A DNA stretch of 64,000 nt, from positions 18,414,995-18,478,994 of the forward strand of contig OZ037765.1 of NCBI GenBank assembly GCA_964035545.1. Reading direction: 5' to 3'. Positions within the stretch are counted from its first letter, which is position 1. The number at the start of each line of letters is the position of its first letter. The notes beneath the pieces were generated by a model. That model made no database searches, had not been told where the DNA came from, and worked only from the letters and a program-made list of their open reading frames with translations. Origin of the DNA: Bugula neritina (lineage: Eukaryota; Animalia; Bryozoa). Positions 32,398 through 46,050 of this stretch are shown here, in pieces. The position numbers and the translations under genes were made by a program.

Positions 32398-34736
32398 TTA
32401 ATTGAGTTTTCCCCACCAAGCTTTTTCTTCCCACTCCGCTTTAATGTCGTCAATGTAAGGCTTTAAATATGGCTCATCCTGTAAGGAACACAAATTTAGC
32501 AATGCTAAATGTTGTCTAAATACAAAGAAGTTTTTAGCAAAGTAATTTTTTAAAGATTGAATCCTATTATGCAGAGCCTATCAAGTTGCTTTTGTTGAAA
32601 GCCAAAATTTATTTATAATAGTAAAAAGTCAAAACATATGCAATGAGAACCAGAAGACTGTCAACTATTGGGGGAAAAAATAATTGAATAAGTTACCTTT
32701 TCATACTCGGTCCACTCCTCCTTGGGTAAAATATTCTTCTCTAATGATAGTTTCAGAGCTCGACTGATCCTAAACTCTCTTTCATAGAAAGCATCTCGAG
32801 GAAGTCTTCTCACAGCCTCCTTTACTTCTGGCAAATCTGGGTTGAGCACATCATCTGCCCTTAACCCTACCAACAGTAAATATTGCAATTGTGTTTATCA
32901 TAAAAATAAATAAAATCAGTAAAATAGGAATTATAAACTTGAAAATATGTTATTAAAAACAGTTTGTTAAACTCACCAAGTTGAGGAAAGTATGATCTGT
33001 AGTAATACCACCTTCTCAATTGAGCTAATGGATCTACAACAGACATATTGCTAGTAAATTGTTTTAATATTACAGTTTGTGCAAACATACACACACTTGT
33101 TATGAGACAACAGAATATAGCAAGCAAATAGCATTGTTTAGAAAACCCACACTCTACAGCATGAGGCAACAGATTGTCTTTGAAAAACAATTGACTAACA
33201 TCAAGAAAATAGAACAAGGATAGTACATGTTAAAACTTTTAAAAATTTTAATTTGCTTGAAAAAAATATGTGTAGTTATTGCAGTGCATTACTTTATTTC
33301 GAACCACCCTCACTAAGCAACCTGGTAGACTTCTAATTATTATTGAATAAATAGTCAACATCTTTGAATTAATATTTTATAAATATCATTCATACTAGTG
33401 CTACTGAAAAAAGAGCAGTCAACGGATAGCAGCGTTTGATTATAATACAATAAAGCATAAGATTCTTGGCTTTTTCAATCTAAGTTCATTATTTTAGCTA
33501 AACACTGATGGAAATTTTTTGGTAAATCAAGTTTGAATCAGATAAAGCATAAGCCAAAACTATTCTAAACAGGTTTTAATAATTGTTCTATTGCATATTA
33601 AACTCCAAACTTGTATATTTTGAGTACCAGCTAATAACAAATTCTAATTAGCATGCCCAAGCAAATTAACATATTGTTTTTAGAATATACTTTCATTTTG
33701 TACATACAATAAAAGCAGCAATAATTAGTACCAGCTCTACAGTGCCTCGGACACTGAAATTACTGCATGATTAGCAGCAAGTGAAACATGATATTAAATA
33801 CAAATATCATCAATATTATCATTATAAATCATTATTTGATAATCATAATCATTGACAGTATCATTAGCCTTAGGCGTTATGATTATGATTGTTTAATTCA
33901 ACTTCAAGACATGTGATTCACTAATAATAATAGTACTACTAATTGTATGCAAAAAATAACTAGTACTATTAGTATTACTATCATTATCATATGTGAATAA
34001 TTTAATACTCAGTCATACTTATGCTGATACTGCATAATCATAATTATGAAGTCAAATTGTCTAAAAATGTTATTTAATATAAATAATAATATTACAGTTT
34101 GAGCTACTAATTTTTTGATAAAACATTAAATTAGTGATTGGGTTATCTTTAATCATGGAATTTAGTAGCTAAAATTAAATAATTCATATTATCGTTATTT
34201 CAATTTAATTTCAAACTACAAACAGCAGTATCACTGTGAGTATCAGTATGACTATGAGTATCAGTATCAGTATGAGTATGGCCACAACTTGAGTACACCA
34301 GTCACAATGACAATCACAGTGATAGTGACAATGTCAATGTGAATGTTGGTTAAAATCCAATTATCATTATCATTATGCAAATATAAATATAAGACTAAGT
34401 AGTAAATAGTATAGTGAGTGAAATTAACTTTTGTCTTTGACCTGAAGTTGAGTTTTAATTTTATTGCTAACTTTTAGTTATATTTGTTATTTTCATTTTC
34501 ATTTTGTAATCCAATTTCAATTTGTTCCAAAGTTACCTTGACTTCAACGTCAAGAGCTAAGATAAAGAAGTTTCCCCATTTCACATTTGTAAATTTAACA
34601 TTTACACACTTTAGCTCATTATTTTTAATCTAAAAATAACATTCAAATTGTTTATATATCAAGAATCTTAATCATAAATACATTATTTATATAATAACTC
34701 CCAACTGTTGGGCTTGTACTTACTTTTAGCAGCCAT
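32398..34736 (-). CDS. UQCRB: Cytochrome b-c1 complex subunit 7 (ubiquinone-binding protein), 106 aa
   Basis: Exons 34736-34724 (MAAK), 33033-32977, 32866-32697 and 32478-32398. Peptides [68 protein letters not shown]. Confidence 0.95.
33800..34420. repeat. 3/6-bp-periodic tract in the first intron of UQCRB
   Basis: e.g. AGTATCACTGTGAGTATCAGTATGACTATGAGTATCAGTATCAGTATGAGTATG (about 34227-34280); ATCATT/ATCATA runs at 33800-33870. Confidence 0.7.
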
Positions 34737-37700
34737 TTCGTCACTAAAATACCGGCCGAGGTAGGCTCACTGTGTGTAGCCTTGTATATTATCATTTGCA
34801 CAAAAATAATAGTGTTTTTATTTCATAGTAAATTATCAGAGCTATACACTTCAAAACTGTGACGCAAGGCTAAATTTCCTTTAGCGTTTCAACAGGTATT
34901 ATTGAGAAGGCAACTCTTTCATGCCATAGTACAATAATTATTGTATCTAATAGTGTGATCTTTCTCCACATGGACTCTAAATTTTCATATAAATATTTCT
35001 GAAATACCATAGAACATAAAACTATTTTCAAAATTATAAAATACAAGAAACTGGCCATAACCAACAAGTTTCATAAGTGTTTAGTAATAAATTCAAGTAC
35101 TGTACCTACAATAATCTACATTTTTAAATTTATGTTGGCTCTATTTGTCTGTTCAATGTTTATATGTATAAATCACAAAAGAACAACTTTTTTTAATTGA
35201 TAGTGTAATATATTTTTGTGTAGTGCTACTGGTTTAAATAAACTTTTACATTTCATAATTGTGTGCCAATATAATGAAGAATATTATGCTTAGTCGCAAT
35301 ACCGCCAAGCACATACTGTGCACTTTTTTGCTCAGCTATGTCACATAAAAATATTTTTTTAGCTGATTTTTGCAAGAAAACTGTTATTATTCAGCAAATT
35401 TGGCAATTGTATCCTACTAAAATGTATTTGAATAGCTTTGCATGTTGATGTTTTTTGGGCTGTACTTTTAATTAATAACTTGGAGTTTTCTGTCTTTTGA
35501 AGACTTTGTAAAAGTTATCAGCAAATTCCATTTTCTTGATTCAAAGTATGCCTCTATAGGGCATACTTATTTGGATAGTGAGCCAATCCTGTAAAAATAG
35601 TCAAAAAGATCATTGCTTAAACAAAGGAGTGTTTCTAGTGCACATAATAATTATAAATAAATATTAATAAAAATAAAAGAAACTATTGTTTAAATAAGGA
35701 CTAATTTGTCAAAGTAAGCAGCGCGCGCTCTTCTAGTGCAGATTTTGCTTTTGCAGATGCGTGTTTTATATATAACTTGAATTGTTGTAACCAATCTCCA
35801 AAACTGCATCAACTTTCAGAAAAAAACTAATTTTTGTATACAGCTCTAAAGTTCCATTTATACCTTCACAATTTTCAGCCAGAAGCTATAAAGGGGTACT
35901 CGGACAAGTTAAATTAACTGAAACTCAAAGCTTTTTTCAGCAGAGGTATAAACACAACTTAACATCTATAGCCACAATGTGTACAGGCTGTTTTGGGTAA
36001 ACTCAACACTACATTTTCAAGACCACATATTGATTAAGAGTGAATTCTGGGAAAATAATAGTTGCAAATTACAGTTATAAACAGGAATTAATATTGCCAA
36101 AGTTTCAGATTAATAAGTCAAAGGTTGTAAGCATGTGCTATGTGTTTATATTCAGTAAAATATCTTATTATTTTATTAGTGTCTCCTTTGAATGAAGTGT
36201 AGTTTTGAGGAAATTAAACAAGTGTTTTGTTGTAAATCCAGCATAAGAAGCAAAGCAATGATATAATCAAGTACGTCATGTTATATTTTTGTATAGCATG
36301 CAAGGTGCTGTGTTAAATGCTTGATGAGCTAATCTGGTTGACTCTCATCAGCTATGAACTAGGTGCAGTATGTTGGCGTGCGTAAAAACACAAACAAAAT
36401 TTTGGTACACAATATCTGTGCTATTATAAAACCATCAATATATAGCCCAGTTTGAATGTGGCTCTTTAAACTTGGGGGCACTGAAGAATATTTTGTTTAG
36501 AATATATTTTCATTTCTATCATTCCTTTCAATGTGCTGTATATTACTGTATCATAACAGAGCACATTGACAGTTGAGTACAATATGTTTCCTTGATCAGC
36601 ACCTCAAAACGAAAAAATGCCAATAATGCCTATTTTTACACAATACAATCATGTCACAGTTATCCTATTTGGACATGCCTACAGTACAGTTTATATTACT
36701 GATATAAATGCTGTGTATATAATAATATTAATGTATGTTTACTTTTATATGTATGTATATAATATATAATTTAAATATATGCTATTCTTGATCTTATGAT
36801 ATTATAACTGATAGCTAGCTATATTCTAGCATGCATTAGTGTCAAATCAGTGCATTGATTTACAGCTTTGGACATTCAGGGGAAAGAAACTCCTACTCCC
36901 CTGATAGGTCCTAGAATGTCAACATAAAAAGTATCACCACTTTGCTTTATGCAAAACACTGGAGTTGTCTTTTTGAGGCTACAAGTAAAATTTAAGTAAA
37001 GGAAGTTACCTGCCCACTGAACAAATTCCCAAGGCTAGCTGGAACCCAAAATGTTGAAATGTTGGTTTTGTTTTGTTAAAATTTTGTGCTTTTGGTCAAA
37101 CAATCAATAGGCTGCCATTAAAAACTTTTTTTTTAAAATTTAACATATTTTGCATTGTGAAAATCTTTAAATTTTCTGATAATCAAAAATTGGAAACATA
37201 AAAAAACCTATTATTCTCTTTTAAATTTTTGCAGTTACTGAAATGCAGCTACATTTGCCTGGCTATATACTATAAATACTGGAGTAAATACTGACTTTTC
37301 ATGATATTGACTTTTTCATCTTATGTAACCCGTAATTTAGTTTAATACTCACTCACAAATTCTCAACCATCTTATTATATAACTTACCTATGATATAAAA
37401 GCATGCATAAATACTATACAAATTTTTGATAAAATATTTCTACATCTAGCAATTAATTATTGAATTCAAAAGGTGTTGCTAAAGTTATTGTTTAGCAAAG
37501 ACATTATGCACGGAAGCGCAACACTTCCTATATACCTAAACTAGTTAGAAGTGAATAATTACAAAGTAATTAAAAAGTAGGGTTAAGCAGTAACTGTGTG
37601 AAAATTTGCATTAGCACACCTTGAACAGACTTGCTACATAGTTGAAATTTTGTTAAAATAGTTTTCATTATGTTTGGATTAATAAATAATACACTGTAGT

Positions 37701-38184
37701 ATATAATTACATAGGGTGCAGAGGGCATGCTGGTGACACATTCTGAGACTTTAACAAAGCCTTATCTAATAAGTTGAATTAAATGGTGAGAAATATAGAT
37801 GAAATGTTGAACTGAGATATTCAAATGCAAAGTTGCAATCAAAAATATAACTGCTAACAATAAACAGATGGTCAAACATTAAGTTGCTCACACCTTGGTG
37901 ATGCAAACAGTTTCTTTCACTTCATGTTTGTATGCTTTATTCAAACTTGTTGAGGATTAGCTCTTGTTAGAGTTTGTTTGTTTAGCTCTGGTCCATAAAC
38001 CATTGATTTTATGAACTAAAATAGAAACTTCTTGCACCATAAATGCTTTATGCTTGAAAGTTCTAGTAAATATTATTATTATAATAAGTTGACAAACAGC
38101 TTTTCACATCTATTATGTTTGTCAAAAACTATGTTCTCCATTTATATTTGTTATTATATTAAAATTGCAAAATAAAATAGGGAG

Positions 38185-38390
38185 CAGCTGTAATCTGGTG
38201 GTTAGGGCACTGGCTTAGTAAACACATGGCTCAGTGGTTCAAATCCCAGTAAAGACCATCAGTGATTTTAGGAAGGGTATTTAGTTATAATTACTCCTTT
38301 ACCACAATAGGAAGCAAATTCTTAGCCCATTCAAAAACCCCTTTCCATCAAGGGTTCTCACAGGGAGACTATACACCCACAAGAGTTTAT
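38185..38390 (+). mobile_element. tRNA-derived SINE, copy 2 (diverged)
   Basis: B box GGTTCAAATCC (38236-38246). Colinear with 11660-11880: GGTTAG..TGGCTT..AAACACA, CCCAGTAAA..CCAT..GTGAT.TTAGGAAG, TTAGCC...AAAAACC, GGG.TTCTCACA...GACTATA.ACC. Confidence 0.78.
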
Positions 38391-41300
38391 TAAATCTGAA
38401 AAATAATTACAAGTATTTACTGGTGATGGCAATTTTTCAAGATCTTAGGATGTGCTGGAGCAGCTGGTCAACAGTTAACTGACTGCTAAGCAGTAATTGG
38501 CACTTCTTGATGCGAATTCTATGTCTGCAGATTTAGTAAGTTATAAATAAAACAATATGGCTGCACTCTCTTGGGATATTACTAGTGCTATGTAATCAAC
38601 TTTAATCAATGAAGAATCATGCAATAAGACTTTCTGGCATATTTTAGACAAAATAATGGAAAAACTGGCAAGGAAGCCATCGAACAGTTGAAGGGACTTG
38701 AATATATAATTATTATTATGCTACTGTAAGTTTAGTTAATGAACTTCAGCGGTGGCATAACTCTATATTAGAAAGCAACTATTGCATAGCCCACCATTTG
38801 AATGAAGATCATAGGTAGTCTATGGAGTTTCCATTAAAAAGCTGTAGGCTGGAAAAAATTGCCTCTCTTCCATCAGGCTAATTAGCTACTAAAAAAGGAA
38901 CTAAACTGTGTTATGTATGTACTCACAACACACACATTGTGTGTGGCAGGTCGATCCCAGAACGGGTTTTCAAAAATTTTGAGGTCGTGCTAGATAACCA
39001 TCGTGGTGTGGCCCTATGCTAATAGCTCAATAGACTGGTTTCTTAACTTCAATGTACTGCCCTACCTGTGATGTGAAACATCCAGCTGCTTTAGTTATTC
39101 TTTCATGTTTTCATGCTTGTAGCAAAGTATCCAGTATACTAAAATCACCAACAATACGGAATGTTTGATGGTCCAACCTTCTGAACAGAAAAATGCATTT
39201 AATTTTAAATTATGAAAGTAGCCTAGATTATTAAGTCTTACTTGTCAGCTAAAGCTTCTCTCTCTTGTCATAAGCTCAGCAGCAAGAACAAAGCTTCTCT
39301 ATTTTGAGTATAATTAACCATTATTTAAAAAATCTATATTTTCCACAACAAGGCTTCAACCTATTATGAAGCATTGACTTTCACCACTAAAAGACTTTTA
39401 TCATTGGCTCAAACCACACTGTTTTGCAGCAGCTTTAATGCTTGATAATATTTATATTTATGTTGATTTCATTCATGTTTGGACAATATGCAAAATAAAT
39501 CACAAATAGATTTTTAAGCAGCTAATTGTATCACAGATAAGGCAGTAGACTACTTGCCATAAATTGAAATTACAGGATAGAGTTGTATACGACTTTTATA
39601 TTACAACCACCTGCACGCTAGCAATAATATTTCTTATCAGCACTATTTTTATAAAGGCAAGCTTTAATAATAAAGCTTTCATGTGAATGTGACGCATTAA
39701 AAAACATGTTGAGTTGCTGATAAGACGAGATTGGCCAATATTAAAGCTTTAGCAGTAGATTAAGTTTAGTTATTTTGCACGTACTAAGGGGAGTCAACCT
39801 AAAAGCGTTGTTTCTTTTATACTGCTCGGTCTCTTTCAAAGCCAAAAAAGCCTAACAGTGGAATAAAAATCTAAAGAATAGCTTCATGGCATTATCTGAT
39901 TGTTTCCAAAAGGTATTTTTTAAAACCAATTTTAAGAGATATTTTTTTAAATATTTTTTCAGCAGCATAGAGTCTTGCCTTTTTGCTCTAGTTTTTTCAT
40001 AAAATGTGTTACTTAAGACTTCATGAAGTATCGTAAAATTTTAAATCTTCAAGTGGCGTAGGCTGTTACAAAGGCAGACAACTTCTTAGGTTGTAGCTAT
40101 AAAATAATTGGCAGAAAAATTTGGATACTGTAAAAGCAGTTTTTTAGTAAAGCAAATACAGTTGAAACTTTTCGAAGTTGTCAGATAATGATAAGTATAT
40201 ATCAATTGTTCTAGAATCTAGTCTTTTATCCAAATCACTTTTAAATCCAAAGCCATCCACAAAGCTTGACTGTTCCCCAAAGCTATTGAAAGTTACTAGA
40301 GACAATTGAAAAAGTCGACATCTTGGGCAACTAAAACATAGTATGAGGGCTATTTTAGCAAGTTGCTTTATGTACATACTATTTACAATATCCCATTAAC
40401 ACCAAATAGCAGACATGACACACATATGTATTAGTTTGTTTCATACTTTATTTGGCTTCTTAATTATAGCCTTTCATATTTTGTGTTTATAAAGATTTCA
40501 AGTCTAGCTTTTGTTCCTCTGGTAAACATACACATATTACGAATTTACTAAGCCAGCCATAGAGAGTTAAAAGATCGCGTTCGAGTGACAAAATACATTT
40601 CTCTCAATGCTGAAATACTGCTGCGCCATGGGAAAACTTAGCTGCTAAATAATTTTATTCTCAGAAAATATTTGACTAAATAAAAACTCGCATACGTTTT
40701 CTGAGCTTTGTTTGTAACCACTAAAAATTTTTACGGCTGCAAAAAATTGTGTCTTCTAAATTAGGCTACTTTTGAGCAAGTTGCCGGTGAAGCAAGTTAA
40801 GTACTTGTACTTAGTGAATAGCTTGATTTGGACATCAAGTTAAACTCTTTAATTAAAATGAGAAGCACAAAAGTACCGCTAGCACTGGTAATTTTGGAAA
40901 CTGAAAAAATATAACTAAAGTTTGACGCTGCTAAACTAATGGCTTGTTTGTTCCCATAAACTCTTTGTATCTAAGTAGCCACAAAAGAAAGCTAGAAAAC
41001 ATATAGCTATTAATAATTGTATACAGAGCCATCTATTGAAAACCCAAGGGTACTCAAATGTGTAGAGCACCTTATTATTCTTTGGAGTGAATAGAAAACT
41101 GTGTCAGTGGGATGTTGGAAAATATAACTATAATAATTTTGAAACTTAAAATACAATAAAATTTCTATAGGCTTTTATTGAAACTTTGCATAGCGAAGCA
41201 GATTTGGATAAGTAGCTTGATTAGCAGACTAGTTGTATAACAAAATACTAACTTCAATATGTTTTATGCACTTAGCTTGAAACACACTGAATAGGCATGT

Positions 41301-44300
41301 TTTACATAGAGGTGGATGCCACTAGTCGATGTGGCCTAGTAGCTTAGCATTGCAGGTTTTATGTTGATGACAAGTTTTTAGAAAATATTTTGCAGAACCC
41401 AACAAATCAAAAGAAAAGAAAGTTTTAGGTTGCTGTTTGCTAATAAATATTACACCTGTATCATTGTTTACTGCAAGTAAAACCATAGCAGGGGTTTTCT
41501 AATGGAGGGAGGGGGAGGGTAGGGGGGTTCCTGAGATCTTTCAAAAAAGCTTACTATTAAACCTTCCTTTTCTCTCTCCACCTTTTTTTTCATTTTTATA
41601 GATATGACTAAATTTTAAGGTTCTAATATGTAGCATATGGCATGCCTACAATTACATTGTCACTTGGGAAATAAATTATTAATAAATGTTCACAGTCCCC
41701 GTACTTTATTAGTTTAGCAAAGGAGAGTACAACTTTTAGAAATTGTAGCTTTAACTTGCCCGTAACTTAAAAATGTTTAATAAGTACTTGACACATTTAA
41801 ACTATTCTTCTAGAATGTTTTTGACTCAAATAATGGCTATAATAGCTAGTATATTGCATAATATAGGTGAATATCTGACCTAATTGTAATTACGAATTTT
41901 GGTTTGTGGTGCAGGTTGAAGTTTTCATAAGAAAAGAATTTGTTTTGCTACATTTTATTCTAGAACACAGATATTTCCCAATTTCTCCATTGCTGTACAT
42001 AATTCCTGATTGTAAGTTTAAAACTCCAAACTAGGTGGGAAAACCTGACTGAGGGAAAACATTTTCCTTCTACCTTTTAGCTAGCATCTTGAAGCTGGGA
42101 GTTTAACAGTCATTACAAAGAAATTAGTCAAAATATGAGATGCTTGAGATTTAAAGAGAGGGATCTAAAATATTTTGTTTTAAAGTCAATTACTACCGCT
42201 TAATCTAAAAAAAATAAAACTTAAAATATTCAATGCAAAAATAAAAAATAAGTAAAACAAGCTTTGTCATAGCAGTTGAAAAAACTCAGCTCTATGTTTA
42301 CTTAGGTAATTAATCGTATTTTGCGTTCAAAACCTGATAAGCTTATGCTGATAGACTGCATTCCATGGAGTGATAGCATGATCTTATTTAAAGATACAAA
42401 TTAGATAAAAGGTTTTATGAAAAAGGTGGTTGGAGATTAAAAAACCCCACTATTGATTAGGCTAAGAACTCTTAAATTATTCTTAGTTATAGTGAAGGGA
42501 GACATAGTAGAATAAAAAACCAACTCTTCCGGATATTTTTGGCGTTGAAGTTTTCTGCCTCTCTAAAAAAAGAAACCAAGTTGTTAATGGAAAAGTATAA
42601 AATCTTTGCACTTTTGCACTTGTCGGCAGCTGAAAACGCAAAATGCTAATATATGTAATCATGTTATAAGGTAATGGAAAGACACACTCAACCCTACATA
42701 AAACCATTTAGCTTATAATGATGTAACAAACTCACGCTCACACACACACATCCTGAAGAGAAGGCATGCAGAGTAGATTCTTTATATTCGCTTCCTGTAC
42801 ATTTAATTAGAATAATTACCTAATTAAGAAGTACATCAATATTTTCCAATGGTAGAAAATTGCAATATATATATTATAGTTAAATTGTACCATCGATTTT
42901 GCTTTCTTAATGGAACAAACAAAAAAGCATTTCTATTCTTTTCTTTGCTCTTTACTTCAAGTAAAAGTAAAATTGACCTACGAGAAGTGTCTCTACTAGC
43001 AGTGGTTAGTGGCTAGTACAGATTTTGTAATCATTATAAAATAACAATTTACAACATAAATGCGCAAACATATGGCCATAATCTCTGCTGGCGGTGAATG
43101 CTTACTATTCCACTCATTCAGCAATGTTATGTAACATCTCCTAGGCTTTATTTTTTGTTATGACTCTCCTTTTATAAGAAGGTTTTCGCTGAAAGAATTG
43201 AAAAGTAAATTGATTGAAGCATTTTCTATGCTTATTGATTAAATTTAAAAGCTTTCTATTGTTATACCCTCAATATTAGCCGAGTACCTCAGAGTTCCCC
43301 TGAACTTTCTTTTCTATATTGACTTTGTGGGTTTGAATTTGTATCTTACATTCTACCAGCTTTACAGTTACCAGTAAACTTTGTGTCACAGGCGGTGATT
43401 GAGAAGCAACTTGTTGAAGTTTAAAAAGGCTGTTAAGGATAGTTTAGTTTGCTGCAAATTATATATCTTTTTAGTTTCAAGTGCCAAGCTTTATGTATTC
43501 TATTTTGCCTACAAGCACGGCAAGGCTGTACATGTGTAATGATTACATTGCTTTATTTTTCAGTTTTGAGGTTTAGTTTCTTGCACTGAGCGTGTCTATT
43601 TTGTAAACCTAGTTTGCATGTTGAAATGTTTTGCACCTAAAATAGCCAACCAAATACAACTGTGTGTCTATTTAAATAATTGCTGTATGTACTAGGCCTG
43701 AAACTGGTGATTAGAGATTTAGGTTAGACGTAACATTTCTTGACAGTTATAAAAAATGCCTTATTCTCAATACAACTTTTCCCTAAGAGAAGTTCCTAAT
43801 ATAAGAAGTAAGGCAGTTTCCAGCACCGGCTAGTTCTTATGGCCTCTAAAATAGTAAACGGCTCTACATTTGACAAAGAAGAATCTTGCAGATTACAAAC
43901 CCAACTGCATCTAGTGGTGATAATTAACTTTTTTTTGAGAATAATTCAAACAAAAGGTGTTAAATATTCTCTCAAGAATTGCAACTAAAACATTGAATTA
44001 GCACCATTTGTCCCCTAACCAGTTTAGATAAGCTGGCAATGGGCAAATAAGTTGTTAGGTATGCAGTAGTAACCTGAAGTTTTATCATTGTTTTTTAGTT
44101 TTTGTCTTTAGGTATATTTCCGTTATAGATATTTTATAGGGCTAGTAATATTTGAAAAACTTCTACTCCATACCTGAAGTAATTCAAAAGAAATATTTAG
44201 TAGAAAGGTTGCAGGAACAGATTAATGACTTGTGAAAATGTTGTTGATGCATGGAGGAATACAGTAAAAGAGATAATGAGCAATGATTGAGCAGGCAAAA

Positions 44301-45694
44301 TAGATGGAAAAAGCAGCAAGGAAAGTATTAAATAAATAACAATTACACCAATTTACTATTTTTTTACACAGATAATGAAGAAGTTTAAAACAATGAGCAC
44401 CACAATAAAAAATGATGAATGTAAAACTATTAGATTTAGGAAAGCGAAAATTCCCAAAGTGACTTGGGAGGATAACTGATTTCCAACCCAAGTCAATGTT
44501 TCTTAGAGATCTAGTTGCTTATGACTACGAAAAGTAGTTGGTGAAGGTGACTTTGTATTGATTTCTGACCTAATTAGCATTATTCAATCTAGCTGCAATA
44601 GGTAAAACCGTGAGCTTTTATTGTTGGTACAGCTGTGGCAAAAAAGAATGATGAAAAATGAAGCAGATTGATTAGTTTAATTACTTGACAGTGGCTACTA
44701 TGTGTACTTTCATTAGCAAAAACTCCATTAACGAGGCTGGTATTATAAAGTAGCAGTCAGATAGCAGGTGGCACTTCATTCAAATTCAATCACAATATAT
44801 TGTTTTATTTATTGGTATATACTACTGTATGCAATAATTTGTCACATGGGAATAGATAGAATACAGCACTTATTTGCTAGTAAACCTAACATGGTTTATA
44901 TTTTCCACTCAAATAGCAGCAGACAGACTTGCAGGGCTTTTTAAATACCCTCAGCAAAAATTGCTGCTGTTCACCCTAAAATAAAATCTAAAACCCAAGC
45001 TAATAAAGTTCTTTGAATCTGTACCTAAAAACATTTATGGCCAATAATGGCTAGCTTGTCCTTTGTGACTTCTTATTAAATAACGTTATAAATTTCTACC
45101 ACTGGCTGTTTTCAACAGACCATTCAATTCACTGTAAACAAAATGCCTTTTAAATCTTTCATTAATTATTTCTCTCAGCATGAATGGATAGTTGGCTACT
45201 TTTTTGACCAATGACTACTCTATTATTGAGTGGGCTGGCCTCAGGGAATAATATTAATAAAGCAGTTACATAATCAGCATGCATAACACAACAGATGTGG
45301 ATTTTTACCCGGTCTACAAAGTAAAAACAGGAATGCTCTGCCGAGCTATCGCCTGTACGAGTTCTAGGTGTGCTAAAGCAAGTCTGCTGCGATAAAGAAG
45401 CTAGTAGTGGCTGATCTGGTCTGGGTTGACAGTTATTTTGGTTTGCAGTCTTTACTAGAGCTAATAGCCTAAACAGCATTACACACTACAACCTAATAAG
45501 GTAGGTTTTTCATAGTGCTATTAGTATTAGTATCATTAAGTTGAAGATCTGCCTAAACAGTTTATCATTCTTCTACCGGATGGAAGTCAAGCAAAGGTTA
45601 AAACATATAAGGTGCCCCAAAGTGATAACCATTTACCATACTTGTACTAGGTTTGGTGGCCATGATTGCTGATTAAGTGGAAGTTAAAAAAACT

Positions 45695-46050
45695 TTACCT
45701 CAGTTGTAGTTGAGGTAGGACTTCAGCAGCCACTGGAATGTCTACAGGGAAGCTTTTGGTGCTCATCATAATTTTGGGCCAGAGTTAGCAGTTGCTGCAG
45801 CATTTTGCTGTTGTGTAATTATTTTTATATTCTCCCGGCATCTCACAATAGTTTTAGTGGCAGAAAACGAGTGTGGAACATGCTTTTCCTAGTTTGGTGG
45901 CTACAGTTACAAGTTAGTTGTCTTCATTGATCTCATCGTAGGCTCTGGATAGAGCTGATCACCATTCTGAAGAATCCGGGTCAGTTAACACAGTCTGTGG
46001 TTTTTTCTCCTGTCTTCCATCGACCAGAGTTTTCCCTCATTTCTCACCTT
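45695..46050 (-). mobile_element. 5'-truncated, decayed copy of the CR1/L2-group LINE 3' end
   Basis: The reverse complement aligns by eye to about 20065-20450 (ctctatccagagcctacga, cttgtaactgta, gcttccctgtagacattccagt, gaagtcctacctcaact) with internal deletions. Confidence 0.85.
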
